NCBI GenBank assembly: GCA_964014485.1
Contig: CAXHAT010000004.1
Coordinates: 28,208 to 92,207 of the forward strand
Source: an uncultured Deferribacteres bacterium
GTDB taxonomy: Bacteria; Zhuqueibacterota; Zhuqueibacteria; Zhuqueibacterales; Geothermadaptataceae
DNA length: 64,000 nucleotides
Reading direction: 5' to 3'
This document shows positions 37,300 to 47,196 of the stretch, one piece after another. The notes under the pieces are model-generated. The model made no database searches and had not been told where the DNA came from. It worked only from the letters and a program-made list of their open reading frames with translations. Positions within the stretch are counted from its first letter, which is position 1. Every line of letters starts with the position of its first letter. Both the position numbers and the translations under genes were made by a program.

Positions 37300-39087
37300 A
37301 TGCACATCGTCGACATAAGCATAATTATCGGGTACGTGATTGCCGTCATTGTCATTGGGTTTGTGCTCTCAAAAAAGGCGGGGAAAGATCTGGACGCCTA
37401 CTTTCTTAGCGGGAAATCGGTTCCGTGGTATATTCTCGGCGTCTCAAACGCTTCGTCGATGTTCGATATTACCGGCACGATGTGGTTGGTTTATATACTT
37501 TTCGTTTACGGCGCCAAGGGCGTCTGGCTGCCCTGGCTCTGGCCCACCTGGAATCAAATTTTTCTGATGGTTTACCTTTCGATCTGGATTCGCCGCTCAA
37601 ACGTGCTGACTGGCGGCGAGTGGATCAAGACGCGCTTCGGCGAAGGCAAGTCCGGCGAATTGGCGCGCCTGAGCGTGGCAATTTTCGCGCTCGTCGGCGT
37701 CATTGGTTTTCTGAGCTACGCTTTCAAGGGCATTGGAAAATTCGCCGACGTGTTTTTTCCCTGGGGTTTTTCGCCGGACGCTTACGCCACGGTCATTCTG
37801 CTGGTGACTATGATTTACGTCATCGTCGGCGGTATGTACAGCGTTGTTTTTACCGACATTATCCAATTCGTTTTGATGGCGATTGTCTCAATATTCATTG
37901 GTTACAAAGCCATGGTTTCGGTCTCGCCTGAACAGATCGCCGCCGTCGTGCCGGAAGGCTGGAGCACGCTTTGGTTCGGCTGGACAATGGACGTTGACTG
38001 GTCGAACATCATTCCCGCCGCCATGGACAAAATCGCGGCGGATCAGCTCGACTTGTTCACGATTATTTTTATGATGATGATTTTCAAAGGCGTTCTGGTT
38101 AGCGCTGCGGGCCCGGCTCCGGGCTATGATTTACAGCGCATCCTCGCCACGAGAAACGCGAGAGAGTCCGCGCTGATGAGCGGGATCGTCTCATTTTGTC
38201 ACGTCCCGCGCTGGATCATGATCGCCGGAATCACCGTGCTGGCGCTGGTCTTTTTTAGCCCGGAACTCAAGCAAATGGGCGCTGACATCGATTTCGAAAA
38301 AATTCTGCCCTGGATTATCAAAAGCGATTTTATCCCCGTCGGCGTGACCGGGCTTTTGCTTGCCGGGCTGCTCGCCGCATTCATGTCCACCTTCGATTCG
38401 ACCGTCAACGCCGGCGCTTCTTACCTTGTCGTCGACGTGTACAGAAAATATATCAATCCCAACGCCGATGAGCGTACGAGCATTCGCATGAGTTACATCG
38501 CGTCCGTGCTGGTCGTTGTGGTTGGCATTGCCTTCGGGCTGGTGGTGGAATCGATTAATTCCGTCATGCAAGTCATCGTTTCTGGTCTTTGGGGCGGCTA
38601 CATCGCGCCGAACGTCTTAAAGTGGTACTGGTGGCGCATGAACGGCTATGGTTATTTCTGGGGTATGATCATCGGCGTGGCTTCCGCCATCGCTTCAATC
38701 GTGCTTTTTCCCAACGTTAATCCGATTTTTCTCTTTCCAGGCATCCTGATCATTTCGACAATCGCCACTATTTGGGCCAGTCTGGTAACGGCGCCTGACG
38801 ATGAAAAGGTGTTGCAAGCTTTCTATAAAAATGTACGCCCCTGGGGATTCTGGCGACCGATTCAGCAGCAGGTTATGCACGAAACGCCGGATTTTCAGCC
38901 TAATCGCGATTTCAAGAGAGACATGACAAACATTGTCGTCGGCGTCATTTGGCAGACCGCCTTGGTGACGCTCCCAGTCTATTTTATTTTGCAAGACAAC
39001 ATGCCTATGTTTTTTTCATTGGTCGTGGCCGCCGCAACGACCTGGTTCTTGAAGAAGAACTGGTATGACCGCCTGCCGACAGATTGA
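37300..39087 (+). CDS. Sodium:solute symporter (SSS) family
   Basis: YFLSG...PW, GGM.SVV.TD..QF, QR.LA, GLLAAFMSTFDS. Confidence 0.92.
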   Translation: MHIVDISIIIGYVIAVIVIGFVLSKKAGKDLDAYFLSGKSVPWYILGVSNASSMFDITGTMWLVYILFVYGAKGVWLPWLWPTWNQIFLMVYLSIWIRRSNVLTGGEWIKTRFGEGKSGELARLSVAIFALVGVIGFLSYAFKGIGKFADVFFPWGFSPDAYATVILLVTMIYVIVGGMYSVVFTDIIQFVLMAIVSIFIGYKAMVSVSPEQIAAVVPEGWSTLWFGWTMDVDWSNIIPAAMDKIAADQLDLFTIIFMMMIFKGVLVSAAGPAPGYDLQRILATRNARESALMSGIVSFCHVPRWIMIAGITVLALVFFSPELKQMGADIDFEKILPWIIKSDFIPVGVTGLLLAGLLAAFMSTFDSTVNAGASYLVVDVYRKYINPNADERTSIRMSYIASVLVVVVGIAFGLVVESINSVMQVIVSGLWGGYIAPNVLKWYWWRMNGYGYFWGMIIGVASAIASIVLFPNVNPIFLFPGILIISTIATIWASLVTAPDDEKVLQAFYKNVRPWGFWRPIQQQVMHETPDFQPNRDFKRDMTNIVVGVIWQTALVTLPVYFILQDNMPMFFSLVVAAATTWFLKKNWYDRLPTD

Positions 39088-39220
39088 CGGCGGATGCATT
39101 TCCACTATTTTTGATTTATCGTTTTTAAAATGCGCTTGTCTAAATTGTCATGTTAACATCAACTATCCAAAATGTCATGCTCGTCCCGAAGCGTCGTAAA
39201 AGCGTCAGCCTAAGCTGGCG

Positions 39221-39374
39221 TTCTCGTTCCAATGCTTCGCGTTGGAATGCAGTTTTCGACGCTTTGCGTCGAGTAGTTTCAGGGAGGCAAATGCGCTTGA
39301 ATCAAATTCTAATCGTAATGAATGGACGCGGAAGCGTCTAAACTGCATTCCCACGCAAAGCACGGGAACGAGAA
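39221..39374. repeat. REP doublet (CTCGTTCCCACGC.../TGCATTCCC type)
   Basis: TTCTCGTTCCAATGCTTCGCGTTGGAATGCAGTTT ... AAACTGCATTCCCACGCAAAGCACGGGAACGAGAA inverted pair with inner GACGC/GCGTC hairpins. Confidence 0.75.
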
Positions 39375-39454
39375 AAATCATTCTGTCGAAAAAAACTTCT
39401 TTCAATTAGACCAAATATCGTGGCATGAAATTCAGTAAAATTGAGGATGGACAA

Positions 39455-41539
39455 ATGCACTCTAAAATGCTCAAGTTTTTTGTTCTCGGCTTCTTGTTAA
39501 TCGCGCTCTGCGGCAACGCCTTTTCTCGCGGAGAAGCCCATTTTGAGTTTAACCCGGCTAAAGTTTTGCTCAACGTCGGCGATTCCACCCAGATTACCAT
39601 CAAGCTTTTTGACGACAAGGGCGAAGTTGACAAACGCCGATTTTTCCTGATTATTCGCGGCGAGAACGCGCGGCGTTCGGTGACTTTTTCCCAGCGGACC
39701 AGCGACTCCACCGGCGTTTTGACCACCACGATTCAGGCGCACCGGCCAGGGTCCTTCAAGCTCTACGCCCGCTCTATCGGCACGCCGGAAACGCGTGTGC
39801 AAGAATTCATTCCCGTTGAAATCGCCTACCCGCCGCTGCGATCCATCCAAATCGTACAGTCTGCTCCCAAACTTTACGTTGGGACGAACGCCGATTTTAC
39901 AGGAAAAATTATCGATGAAAAGGGCTTTGTTCGCGACGATCTGAAAATCAGTTGGACCACCGACAAACCTGAGATCGCCAAGTTTGACAAGTTCGGCGTC
40001 TTGTTCGCGCAAAAGCCGGGAGAAGTTAAAATCACCGCTTCGGTCGAAAAAATCACCGAAACATTTGCAGTAAAAGTCGCCAAGAATCCGGTTGAAACGA
40101 TTGAAGTCGGCGTAAGTGGAGAAGAAGCGCGCACCGGAGACGTTTTGCATTTTCGGGCGATTGCGCGCAACGGGGCCGGCAAGCCTGTTGAAGACGCCAA
40201 GATTCACTACACGTTTCTCGCCAAGCCGGACGATGACCGCGGGCCAAAAGCCTCTGGTCAAATTATGCCGGACGGGAGATTCGTAGCAGCGACTCCAGGC
40301 GTTTACACCATCATCGCCAGTTCCGCCTCCCACTCCGCCCGAAAAACCGTGCGCATAAATCCGCGCAACGTCGAAGCAAATGTCGAAGTTGTGGGCCACG
40401 GCCCTGTGCTCGACGTGCTCACTTCTGACCTTTGGGTTTGGGAAGGCGTCGACGGTCGGGACTACGCCGTCACCGGCACTTGGGGAGCCAAGGGAGACGC
40501 ACTTTTTTGGGACGTCACCGATCCTTCGAACATGGTCTTGATCGACACCATCTCCGTCGACGCGCGCACCGTCAATGACGTCAAAGTTTCAGAAGACGGG
40601 CGCATTTGCGTCATCACTCGCGAAGGCGCGTCGAACCGCAAAAACGGCGTCGTTATTCTCGACGTGAGCAATCCCCGGGACGTAAAAATTCTCTCACGCT
40701 ACGACGAAGGACTGACCGGCGGCGTCCACAACGTTTATATCTACGACAATCACGTTTACGCCGTCAACAACGGCCGACGATTTGATGTGTTGAACATTGA
40801 AGACCCGGCCAATCCCAAGCGCGTCAGCAAATACGAATTGGACACGCCGGGGCACGGCATCCACGACGTTTGGATTGAAGACGGCGTTGCCTATACTTCA
40901 AACTGGCAGGACGGTGTGCATTTGATTGACGTCGGCGGCGTGACGCAAGGCGAGCCGTTCCGCAAACTCGGCGCACAAGCGCACGACGAAATCGGCGGAT
41001 TGGAAGCGCTTGGCGGTTCGCCCTCGAACCCGGTTGGATTTGCGAGCTACGAATATCCCAGCGGCTGGAACCACGCGGCTTTTCCATTTCAAAGCCGTTC
41101 AGCGAATAAATTTTACGTCGTCGCCGGAGACGAAGCTTTTCCCTACGGCGACAACACCCAGGAAGGCGCGCCAACCATCGCGGCGGGCTGGCTGCACTTT
41201 GTTGATTTTACCAATATCAAAGCGCCGCAAGAAGTCGCGCGTTATGAAATTCCTCTCGCCGGTTCACACAACTACTGGATTGAAAGCGACACGCTCTACG
41301 CCGCATTTTACAACGGCGGTCTGCGCGTGGTCGATATTTCTGGTGAATTGCTCGGCGACCTTTACCAGCAAGGCCGCGAAATCGCCTGGTTCTTGCCCAG
41401 CCACACCAAAGCCAGCGTGCCCAACGCTTCAATGGTCTGGGGCCCGCAGCCTTACAAAGGCCTGGTCTATTTTTCCGATCACCATTCCGGCCTCTGGGCC
41501 GTGCGCATCGTCCCAAAACAAGCGGCGGGCGATGACTGA
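39455..41539 (+). CDS. Secreted Ig-like (Big_2) + LVIVD-repeat protein
   Basis: Signal peptide, Ig-like W.T....A...G motifs, repeated V.I.DV.NP motifs, HNV/HDV/NH/SHN His-rich blades. Confidence 0.8.
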   Translation: MHSKMLKFFVLGFLLIALCGNAFSRGEAHFEFNPAKVLLNVGDSTQITIKLFDDKGEVDKRRFFLIIRGENARRSVTFSQRTSDSTGVLTTTIQAHRPGSFKLYARSIGTPETRVQEFIPVEIAYPPLRSIQIVQSAPKLYVGTNADFTGKIIDEKGFVRDDLKISWTTDKPEIAKFDKFGVLFAQKPGEVKITASVEKITETFAVKVAKNPVETIEVGVSGEEARTGDVLHFRAIARNGAGKPVEDAKIHYTFLAKPDDDRGPKASGQIMPDGRFVAATPGVYTIIASSASHSARKTVRINPRNVEANVEVVGHGPVLDVLTSDLWVWEGVDGRDYAVTGTWGAKGDALFWDVTDPSNMVLIDTISVDARTVNDVKVSEDGRICVITREGASNRKNGVVILDVSNPRDVKILSRYDEGLTGGVHNVYIYDNHVYAVNNGRRFDVLNIEDPANPKRVSKYELDTPGHGIHDVWIEDGVAYTSNWQDGVHLIDVGGVTQGEPFRKLGAQAHDEIGGLEALGGSPSNPVGFASYEYPSGWNHAAFPFQSRSANKFYVVAGDEAFPYGDNTQEGAPTIAAGWLHFVDFTNIKAPQEVARYEIPLAGSHNYWIESDTLYAAFYNGGLRVVDISGELLGDLYQQGREIAWFLPSHTKASVPNASMVWGPQPYKGLVYFSDHHSGLWAVRIVPKQAAGDD

Positions 41540-41560
41540 TTTTAATCATGTCGTATTTTG

Positions 41561-41604
41561 GACGGAAAGATGATCGGCGCAAATCCGCCAATCATCTTTC
41601 CGTC
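41561..41604. terminator. Long hairpin between convergent genes
   Basis: Perfect 14-bp stem GACGGAAAGATGAT/ATCATCTTTCCGTC. Confidence 0.6.
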
Positions 41605-41620
41605 AAGGCATAAACTCTCA

Positions 41621-44600
41621 TCATTCCCTTGTTTTCTTCTCGATTCGCTGCAAATCAATTCGGATTGACGCGCGGTCGGGCAATTGGCTCACCGCGACTC
41701 TGAGATGTTCCAACGCTTTTGGTAAATCGTTCGTTTTTTCAAAAGCCAACCCCAAAGTATGCGCCGGCAAGGGCAGATATTCGCGATCTGCCGCCGTTCC
41801 CACAAATTGCTCTGCTTGAAGCTCGCGGGCTTTTTGCGCCAGCGCCAGCCCGCGAGCCGTATCGAAATCTCCCGCAACCAACACCCAGGCCAATAAATTA
41901 TAGCTTGGAAAAACCGATTCCGCCTGAAACGCTTTTTCCGCGTAAATCAACGCTTTGTTGAATTGCTTCTTTTGAGCGAATAGATAGCCCAGAAATCGCG
42001 TCGTCAGCGTATTGGAAGAATCGGCTTGGAATGCTTTGAGAAGATGCGGCTCAGCTTTGTCATATTCTCCCGAACGCATCAAGACGCGCCCCAAACCTTC
42101 CTGACTGCTCATCAAATTTGCATTCAGCGTCAAGGCATCACGGAAATATTGTTCCGCTTCCGACAGATTGCTTTGCCGCTGATTGCACCAACCCAAGCCG
42201 TCTAAAAAGCTCGCAAATTTTGGATAAGCTCGTGCGCCGTTCTGGAAAACGGGCTTCGCTTCAGCGTACTTGCCTTGCCAAAACAGACTCCACCCCAAAC
42301 CATCGAGTGAATACAAATATCCAGGTTCAAGCTCCAGAACTCGCCGAAACGACTTTTCCGCTTCGGCATATTTTCTTTGATGAAAATCATTCCAGCCCAA
42401 CCCGTTCAACAGCAACAGGTGATTGGGATTTTCCTTTAGCCCCGCTCGAAAATTCGTTTCAGCCTCGGCGAACTTTCGTTGCCGCGTTAAACTGCCGGCC
42501 AATAAATCTATCAATTCGAGACGGTCAGCGTGAGATGGTTGAATCATCGACAGACCGGTGCGCGCCGCGGCTTCCGCGAGAACGAATTTGTTTTGCCTGA
42601 ATCGGCTCAATGATAAACCTTTGAAAATATTGATATAGCTGGGTTCGATGTTATCCGGAAGAAAGACAAACTGTGAATCCAGCGCGACGCCTTTAGAAAA
42701 AATCGTCTCGGCTTGTGCAAATTTTCCCTGGCGGAATAACGCCCAGCCAAAAGAATTTATAGCGTCAACCTGATTCGGCTCCAACGCCAGGCTTTCACGA
42801 AAATACGGTTCGGATTCCGCATTTTTTCCCTGAACATGCAGCGTCGTGGCCAAACCGTTAAGCGTTCTACGGCGGACGTTGACCTCATCGCCGTCGAGCG
42901 TGAGGCCGCGCCGAAACACCTTCTCCGCCTCAGCTAACTTATTTTTTCGAAACAAACTCCAGCCAAGCCGCTCAAAATGGAACAGGTTGGTCGGATCTTG
43001 TTGCATGATCTCGCGAAAAATTTCTTCGGCTTCGCCAAAGTCGCCTCGTTCCATGAGGCTTTGCCCGAGCAAGAACCGCGCAGGCATGTATCCCGGCAAA
43101 CGCGCGATGGCGCTGTAGAGAAATTCTTCGGCGGCTTCATAATCGTCCATGCTCAAATAAAAACCGCCAAGCGTCCAGACGAGGCCTTTGTCGTCGGGAT
43201 AGGTTTTCTGCATTTCTTCGAGAATCTTGACGCCCTTGGTCAAACCGGCTATAGAAAAATTTTCATTGGCGGCAATAACGCCGGCGCGCACCAAGTATTG
43301 CTCTCGTTCAGGAATGCCGTCAATAAAATCCGCCGCACGCAGACATTGCGCTGAGACTTCCGCTCGCGGTCTGTCCAGCATGGCGTAAGTGAAGGCTAAC
43401 ATGTAGTGCGCCAAGCCAAAAGTTGAATCGACGGCAATGGCTTTCTTAAACGCATCCCGCGCTTCCGGGAATTTTAGTTTGTCGAAGAGTTCGCTGCCGA
43501 GAAAGTAGTGCTGGTAAGCGTCCAAATCTATCGTCGTCATTTCGGCGACGCTGCGGCTCCTTTGTTGGATTTCGGCGGCTTTTTCCTGCAAATCCTTGCG
43601 CGTGCGCGCCGCCAGCTTGTCGATCATCCCCAGCACGCTCTCCTGCCCCCGCCCTTGCTCGCTTGTGGTGAAAAGGTGTTCGTCCGCCTCCAGATCGAAG
43701 ACTTTCATGTCCATGGCGTAGAGCTTCCCCAACTTTCGCACGGAAGCGACCGCCATGACCTGAACGTTGAAATGTCTGGCGATTTCCCGCCCGGTTCGTT
43801 CATCGATTTGTGCAAGGCCGCCTTTGCCGATCTCTTGGAGCGCGTCGAACATTCTCGATCGCGTGAGCACGGAAAGCCGCCGCGACTGCTCCAGCGCGGT
43901 AATAAGAAGCCCGGACAGACCGTCCAGCTCTTTTTCGTCGGTTTCATTCAGCACGTCAACCACGGCAATGCGGACGCGGTCGTCGCTTTCAGCATCGCCG
44001 CTAAAAAGGGAAAACATAACCGCAGCGGCGATGAGAAATACCACAGCGGCGGCGGCCAAAATCGCAGGCTTTTTCCATGAAGATTTTATTGGAGGCAAGC
44101 CGTCTTGCACGACGCGCTCGGTCGGCTTCGCGCCAACATCCTTCAAATCGGCAAGCAGTTCATCGATGTCTTGGAAACGCTCGTCTCGATTCTTTACGAG
44201 ACATTTTTCGATGATTTTCTCTATTTCAGCGGGTAAATCGGAGCGTAAGGCGGAGACAGGCGCAGGCGTCTCATTCAAAATGGCGTAAATCACCGCCTGT
44301 TCATACTCGCCCTTGAAAGGTAGTTCGCCGGAAAACATCTCGTACAGCATAACGCCAAACGACCAAACGTCAGTGCGGTGATCGACGTCTTCTCCCCGCG
44401 CCTGCTCAGGCGAAATATAAGCGATGGTGCCGACCGTAATATCGTCAATCGTCAGCTTTGTTCGTCCAGATTGCATCGCCAGGCCAAAGTCAGTGATTTT
44501 AGCCTGCCCCTTCGAGGTGAGCATGATATTGGCGGGCTTTATATCGCGGTGTACGACGCCGTTTTCATGCGCCTCCCGTAAACCTTCGGCAATTTGAATC

Positions 44601-44935
44601 GCAAAATCCAGCCCTTCTTCCACGGACAGCAAATTCTGCTGCATCTTTTCTTCAAGACTCTGCCCGTCAACCAAAGCCATCGCTATGAAAGTCTGCTCGT
44701 CGACCTCGCCGATTTCATAAATTGTGCAGATGTTTGGGTGATCAAGGCTTGCCGCAGTTTGCGCCTCACGGATAAAGCGCTTTTTATTGTCCGCATCACC
44801 GACGACATGCGGCGCCAAAAACTTTAACGCGGCGCTGCGCCTGAGCTGAAGATCTTCACCTTTGTAGACGACGCCCATGCCGCCCTGTCCAAGTTTCTCG
44901 AGGATTTTGTAGTGAAGAACCGTTTCTCCGATCAT
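41621..44935 (-). CDS. Hanks-type Ser/Thr kinase - TM - TolB_N-like - multiple TPR
   Basis: LGQGGMGVVY, AALK, HRDIKPAN, DFG, GT.AY.SPE, D.WSFG; TM after about residue 290; TPRs with repeated GLGW. Confidence 0.93.
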   Translation of the reverse strand: MIGETVLHYKILEKLGQGGMGVVYKGEDLQLRRSAALKFLAPHVVGDADNKKRFIREAQTAASLDHPNICTIYEIGEVDEQTFIAMALVDGQSLEEKMQQNLLSVEEGLDFAIQIAEGLREAHENGVVHRDIKPANIMLTSKGQAKITDFGLAMQSGRTKLTIDDITVGTIAYISPEQARGEDVDHRTDVWSFGVMLYEMFSGELPFKGEYEQAVIYAILNETPAPVSALRSDLPAEIEKIIEKCLVKNRDERFQDIDELLADLKDVGAKPTERVVQDGLPPIKSSWKKPAILAAAAVVFLIAAAVMFSLFSGDAESDDRVRIAVVDVLNETDEKELDGLSGLLITALEQSRRLSVLTRSRMFDALQEIGKGGLAQIDERTGREIARHFNVQVMAVASVRKLGKLYAMDMKVFDLEADEHLFTTSEQGRGQESVLGMIDKLAARTRKDLQEKAAEIQQRSRSVAEMTTIDLDAYQHYFLGSELFDKLKFPEARDAFKKAIAVDSTFGLAHYMLAFTYAMLDRPRAEVSAQCLRAADFIDGIPEREQYLVRAGVIAANENFSIAGLTKGVKILEEMQKTYPDDKGLVWTLGGFYLSMDDYEAAEEFLYSAIARLPGYMPARFLLGQSLMERGDFGEAEEIFREIMQQDPTNLFHFERLGWSLFRKNKLAEAEKVFRRGLTLDGDEVNVRRRTLNGLATTLHVQGKNAESEPYFRESLALEPNQVDAINSFGWALFRQGKFAQAETIFSKGVALDSQFVFLPDNIEPSYINIFKGLSLSRFRQNKFVLAEAAARTGLSMIQPSHADRLELIDLLAGSLTRQRKFAEAETNFRAGLKENPNHLLLLNGLGWNDFHQRKYAEAEKSFRRVLELEPGYLYSLDGLGWSLFWQGKYAEAKPVFQNGARAYPKFASFLDGLGWCNQRQSNLSEAEQYFRDALTLNANLMSSQEGLGRVLMRSGEYDKAEPHLLKAFQADSSNTLTTRFLGYLFAQKKQFNKALIYAEKAFQAESVFPSYNLLAWVLVAGDFDTARGLALAQKARELQAEQFVGTAADREYLPLPAHTLGLAFEKTNDLPKALEHLRVAVSQLPDRASIRIDLQRIEKKTRE

Positions 44936-45004
44936 TTTTGAACTTTTTTTGTTAAAGTTCCATCTCTTGAAGTAACCAGTTTTTCAAACAGCCCGTTGAA
45001 CCCG

Positions 45005-45823
45005 ATGCAAACCGTTCAGGAAACAAAACTTTGGCGCGTACAAAAATTTCATCGTCTGGAATTGTTGAAAGCGACTTTTACCACGCACGTTTTCCCAAAG
45101 CACTTGCACGAGACCTATGTGATCGAAATCGTTGAGCAAGGGGCGGACGTGTTTTTCTGCGACGGTCATACTTATACAGCGACGGCGGGAAGCGTGGTTG
45201 TGATCAACCCTTTTGAAGTGCATACTGGAAAATCCGCCGGGAAAACGCCGTTGGTTTATCGCAGTATGTACCCTTCGCCGGTTTTGATGCAAGAGATTCT
45301 CGCCGACTTGGCCTTGAGCGGGAATGAGCTTCATCTGTTTCAAAGCCGCGTGCGGCATGATCGTAAGTTGTTTGCAAATATGCTCGCTCTCCACCTCGCT
45401 TTAGAGCAAAATGAAGAACGGCTTGCCTGCGAATCACTCATGCTGACTGCAATTACGCAGCTAACTCAAGAATATTCAGATGCCTCGAATTCAGCAAAGA
45501 AAGCTGATGAGAAAAATCGACCTGCCTGTCGAGCGCGGGAATTTCTGATTGAATGCTCTGATCAGAAAATATCCCTGCAAAAACTGGCAAAGTCCTCCGG
45601 CGCCAGCCCGTTTCATCTTCTGCGTTCCTTTCGAAAAGCGTATGGAATCCCGCCGCATGAATTTTTGATCAACGTCCGCGTTGAGCGCGCGAAAAGACTT
45701 CTGGCGCAAGGCGCGCCGATTTCACAAACCGCCCTTGAAACCGGCTTTTGCGATCAAAGTCATCTCTCCCGTCATTTCAAGCGCCTCACCGGCGTCACGC
45801 CGAAACAATACGCCGACTATTAA
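45005..45823 (+). CDS. AraC-family transcriptional regulator
   Basis: FPKH.HE.Y, NP.EVHTG cupin; SPFHL.R.F, GF.DQSH..RHFK...GVTP..Y. Confidence 0.93.
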   Translation: MQTVQETKLWRVQKFHRLELLKATFTTHVFPKHLHETYVIEIVEQGADVFFCDGHTYTATAGSVVVINPFEVHTGKSAGKTPLVYRSMYPSPVLMQEILADLALSGNELHLFQSRVRHDRKLFANMLALHLALEQNEERLACESLMLTAITQLTQEYSDASNSAKKADEKNRPACRAREFLIECSDQKISLQKLAKSSGASPFHLLRSFRKAYGIPPHEFLINVRVERAKRLLAQGAPISQTALETGFCDQSHLSRHFKRLTGVTPKQYADY

Positions 45824-45898
45824 AAAAGCAATATTGTCCAAGAATTTCACGCCTCCCAGTCCTACCTTTTTCACGAAAACCGCATCTAGACGAAAACC

Positions 45899-45976
45899 AA
45901 GGAGTGATAGCAAGGCTTGCCTTGCTATCCTCATTTTCTTGGCGGATTCAAAAGCAAAGCAAGCTTTGCGCTCCTT
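45899..45976. repeat. REP doublet (GGAGTG..GCAAGGCTTGCCTTGC / GCAAAGCAAGCTTTGC.CTCC), copy 1
   Basis: Inverted pair of palindromic units; second copy at 47132..47188. Confidence 0.7.
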
Positions 45977-46003
45977 ACTCTTTAATCATTTGAGAGGCTT
46001 TCT

Positions 46004-47125
46004 ATGTTCAACAAACGACTTTATTTTCTCAGCTTTGCCTTCTTTCTCATCGCCTGTTGTTTTACAACTAATGTTCTGGCGCAAGACAACGCCTACGTCT
46101 GCCCGCCTTGCGGATGCTCTGAAGACGGCGAGACTTTTGACGAAGCCGGTTCCTGCACAACCTGCGGCATGGCGCTGGTCGACAAATCGACCGTGCGCGA
46201 TGATCTCACAAAAGTCGCGATTCTCATTTTTGACGGCGTGCAAATTATCGATTACACCGCGCCTTATGAAGTTTTCGGGCAGGCGCATTTCAACGTTTTT
46301 ACAGTCGCCGAAAAAACCGAGGCGATTACGACGGCGATGGGCATGAGCGTCAATCCGGCGCACAGCTTTGCCGATCATCCCGAGCCGGACATTCTGCTCG
46401 TGCCCGGCGGCGACGTTCACGGCGTACTGGACAGCCCAGGCACGATTCAATGGATTCAACAAAATGCTGAGAAGGCGGATTATGTACTTTCTGTCTGCAA
46501 CGGCGCGCTTATTCTGGCTAAAACCGGCTTGCTCGACGGGCTTTCGGCGACGACTTTTTATGGTCTTCTTGGCGAGTTGGAGCGCATGGCGCCAAACACT
46601 AAAGTCGTCAACAACAAGCGTTTTGTCGATAATGGAAAAGTCATTACTTCAGCTGGACTTTCGGCGGGCGTAGACGCATCATTACACCTGGTCTCTAAAA
46701 TTCTCGGCAAAGGTCAGGCGCAGAACATTGCACTGCATATCGAGTATCGCTGGCTGCCGGAAGTGGAATTTGCACGCGCCAATTTCGCGGATTACAAGTA
46801 CTTGCGTGATTTTTCACCTCTGGATGATGATTTTGATGCGACGCTTGAACACACTGGCGGCTCGGAGGATTACTGGAAGGTCGTTTGGCGATTTCGCACT
46901 GAATTGACGATCAAACAGCTCGCCCAAACAATCCATGAGAAAATCGAAGCGGAAGGGAAATGGACGCGGCAAGACAACGAAGCATCGAACGGCGTCGCCA
47001 AAAGTCTTTGGGGATTTTCAGGAGAAAATGATGAACTGTGGTTGGGCAAGTTGAGAATTCAACCTACAGAAAACGCGGAAAACGAGTTTGAGCTGACGTT
47101 AGAAATCGAACGCACGAAAACTTGA
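46004..47125 (+). CDS. Exported DJ-1/PfpI-family protein with N-terminal Cys-rich heavy-metal-binding domain
   Basis: Signal peptide; YVCPPC...G.C..CGMAL; ID...PYEVF, LLVPGG, SVCNGA nucleophile, ITSAG.SAG.D. Confidence 0.85.
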   Translation: MFNKRLYFLSFAFFLIACCFTTNVLAQDNAYVCPPCGCSEDGETFDEAGSCTTCGMALVDKSTVRDDLTKVAILIFDGVQIIDYTAPYEVFGQAHFNVFTVAEKTEAITTAMGMSVNPAHSFADHPEPDILLVPGGDVHGVLDSPGTIQWIQQNAEKADYVLSVCNGALILAKTGLLDGLSATTFYGLLGELERMAPNTKVVNNKRFVDNGKVITSAGLSAGVDASLHLVSKILGKGQAQNIALHIEYRWLPEVEFARANFADYKYLRDFSPLDDDFDATLEHTGGSEDYWKVVWRFRTELTIKQLAQTIHEKIEAEGKWTRQDNEASNGVAKSLWGFSGENDELWLGKLRIQPTENAENEFELTLEIERTKT

Positions 47126-47131
47126 AAAAGC

Positions 47132-47188
47132 AAAGGAGTGCAAGGCTTGTCTTGCAATTTAAAAACAAAGCAAGCTTCGCACTCCTTT
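47132..47188. repeat. REP doublet, copy 2
   Basis: AAAGGAGTGCAAGGCTTGTCTTGC ... AAAGCAAGCTTCGCACTCCTTT. Confidence 0.7.
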
Positions 47189-47196
47189 CCAAATTA

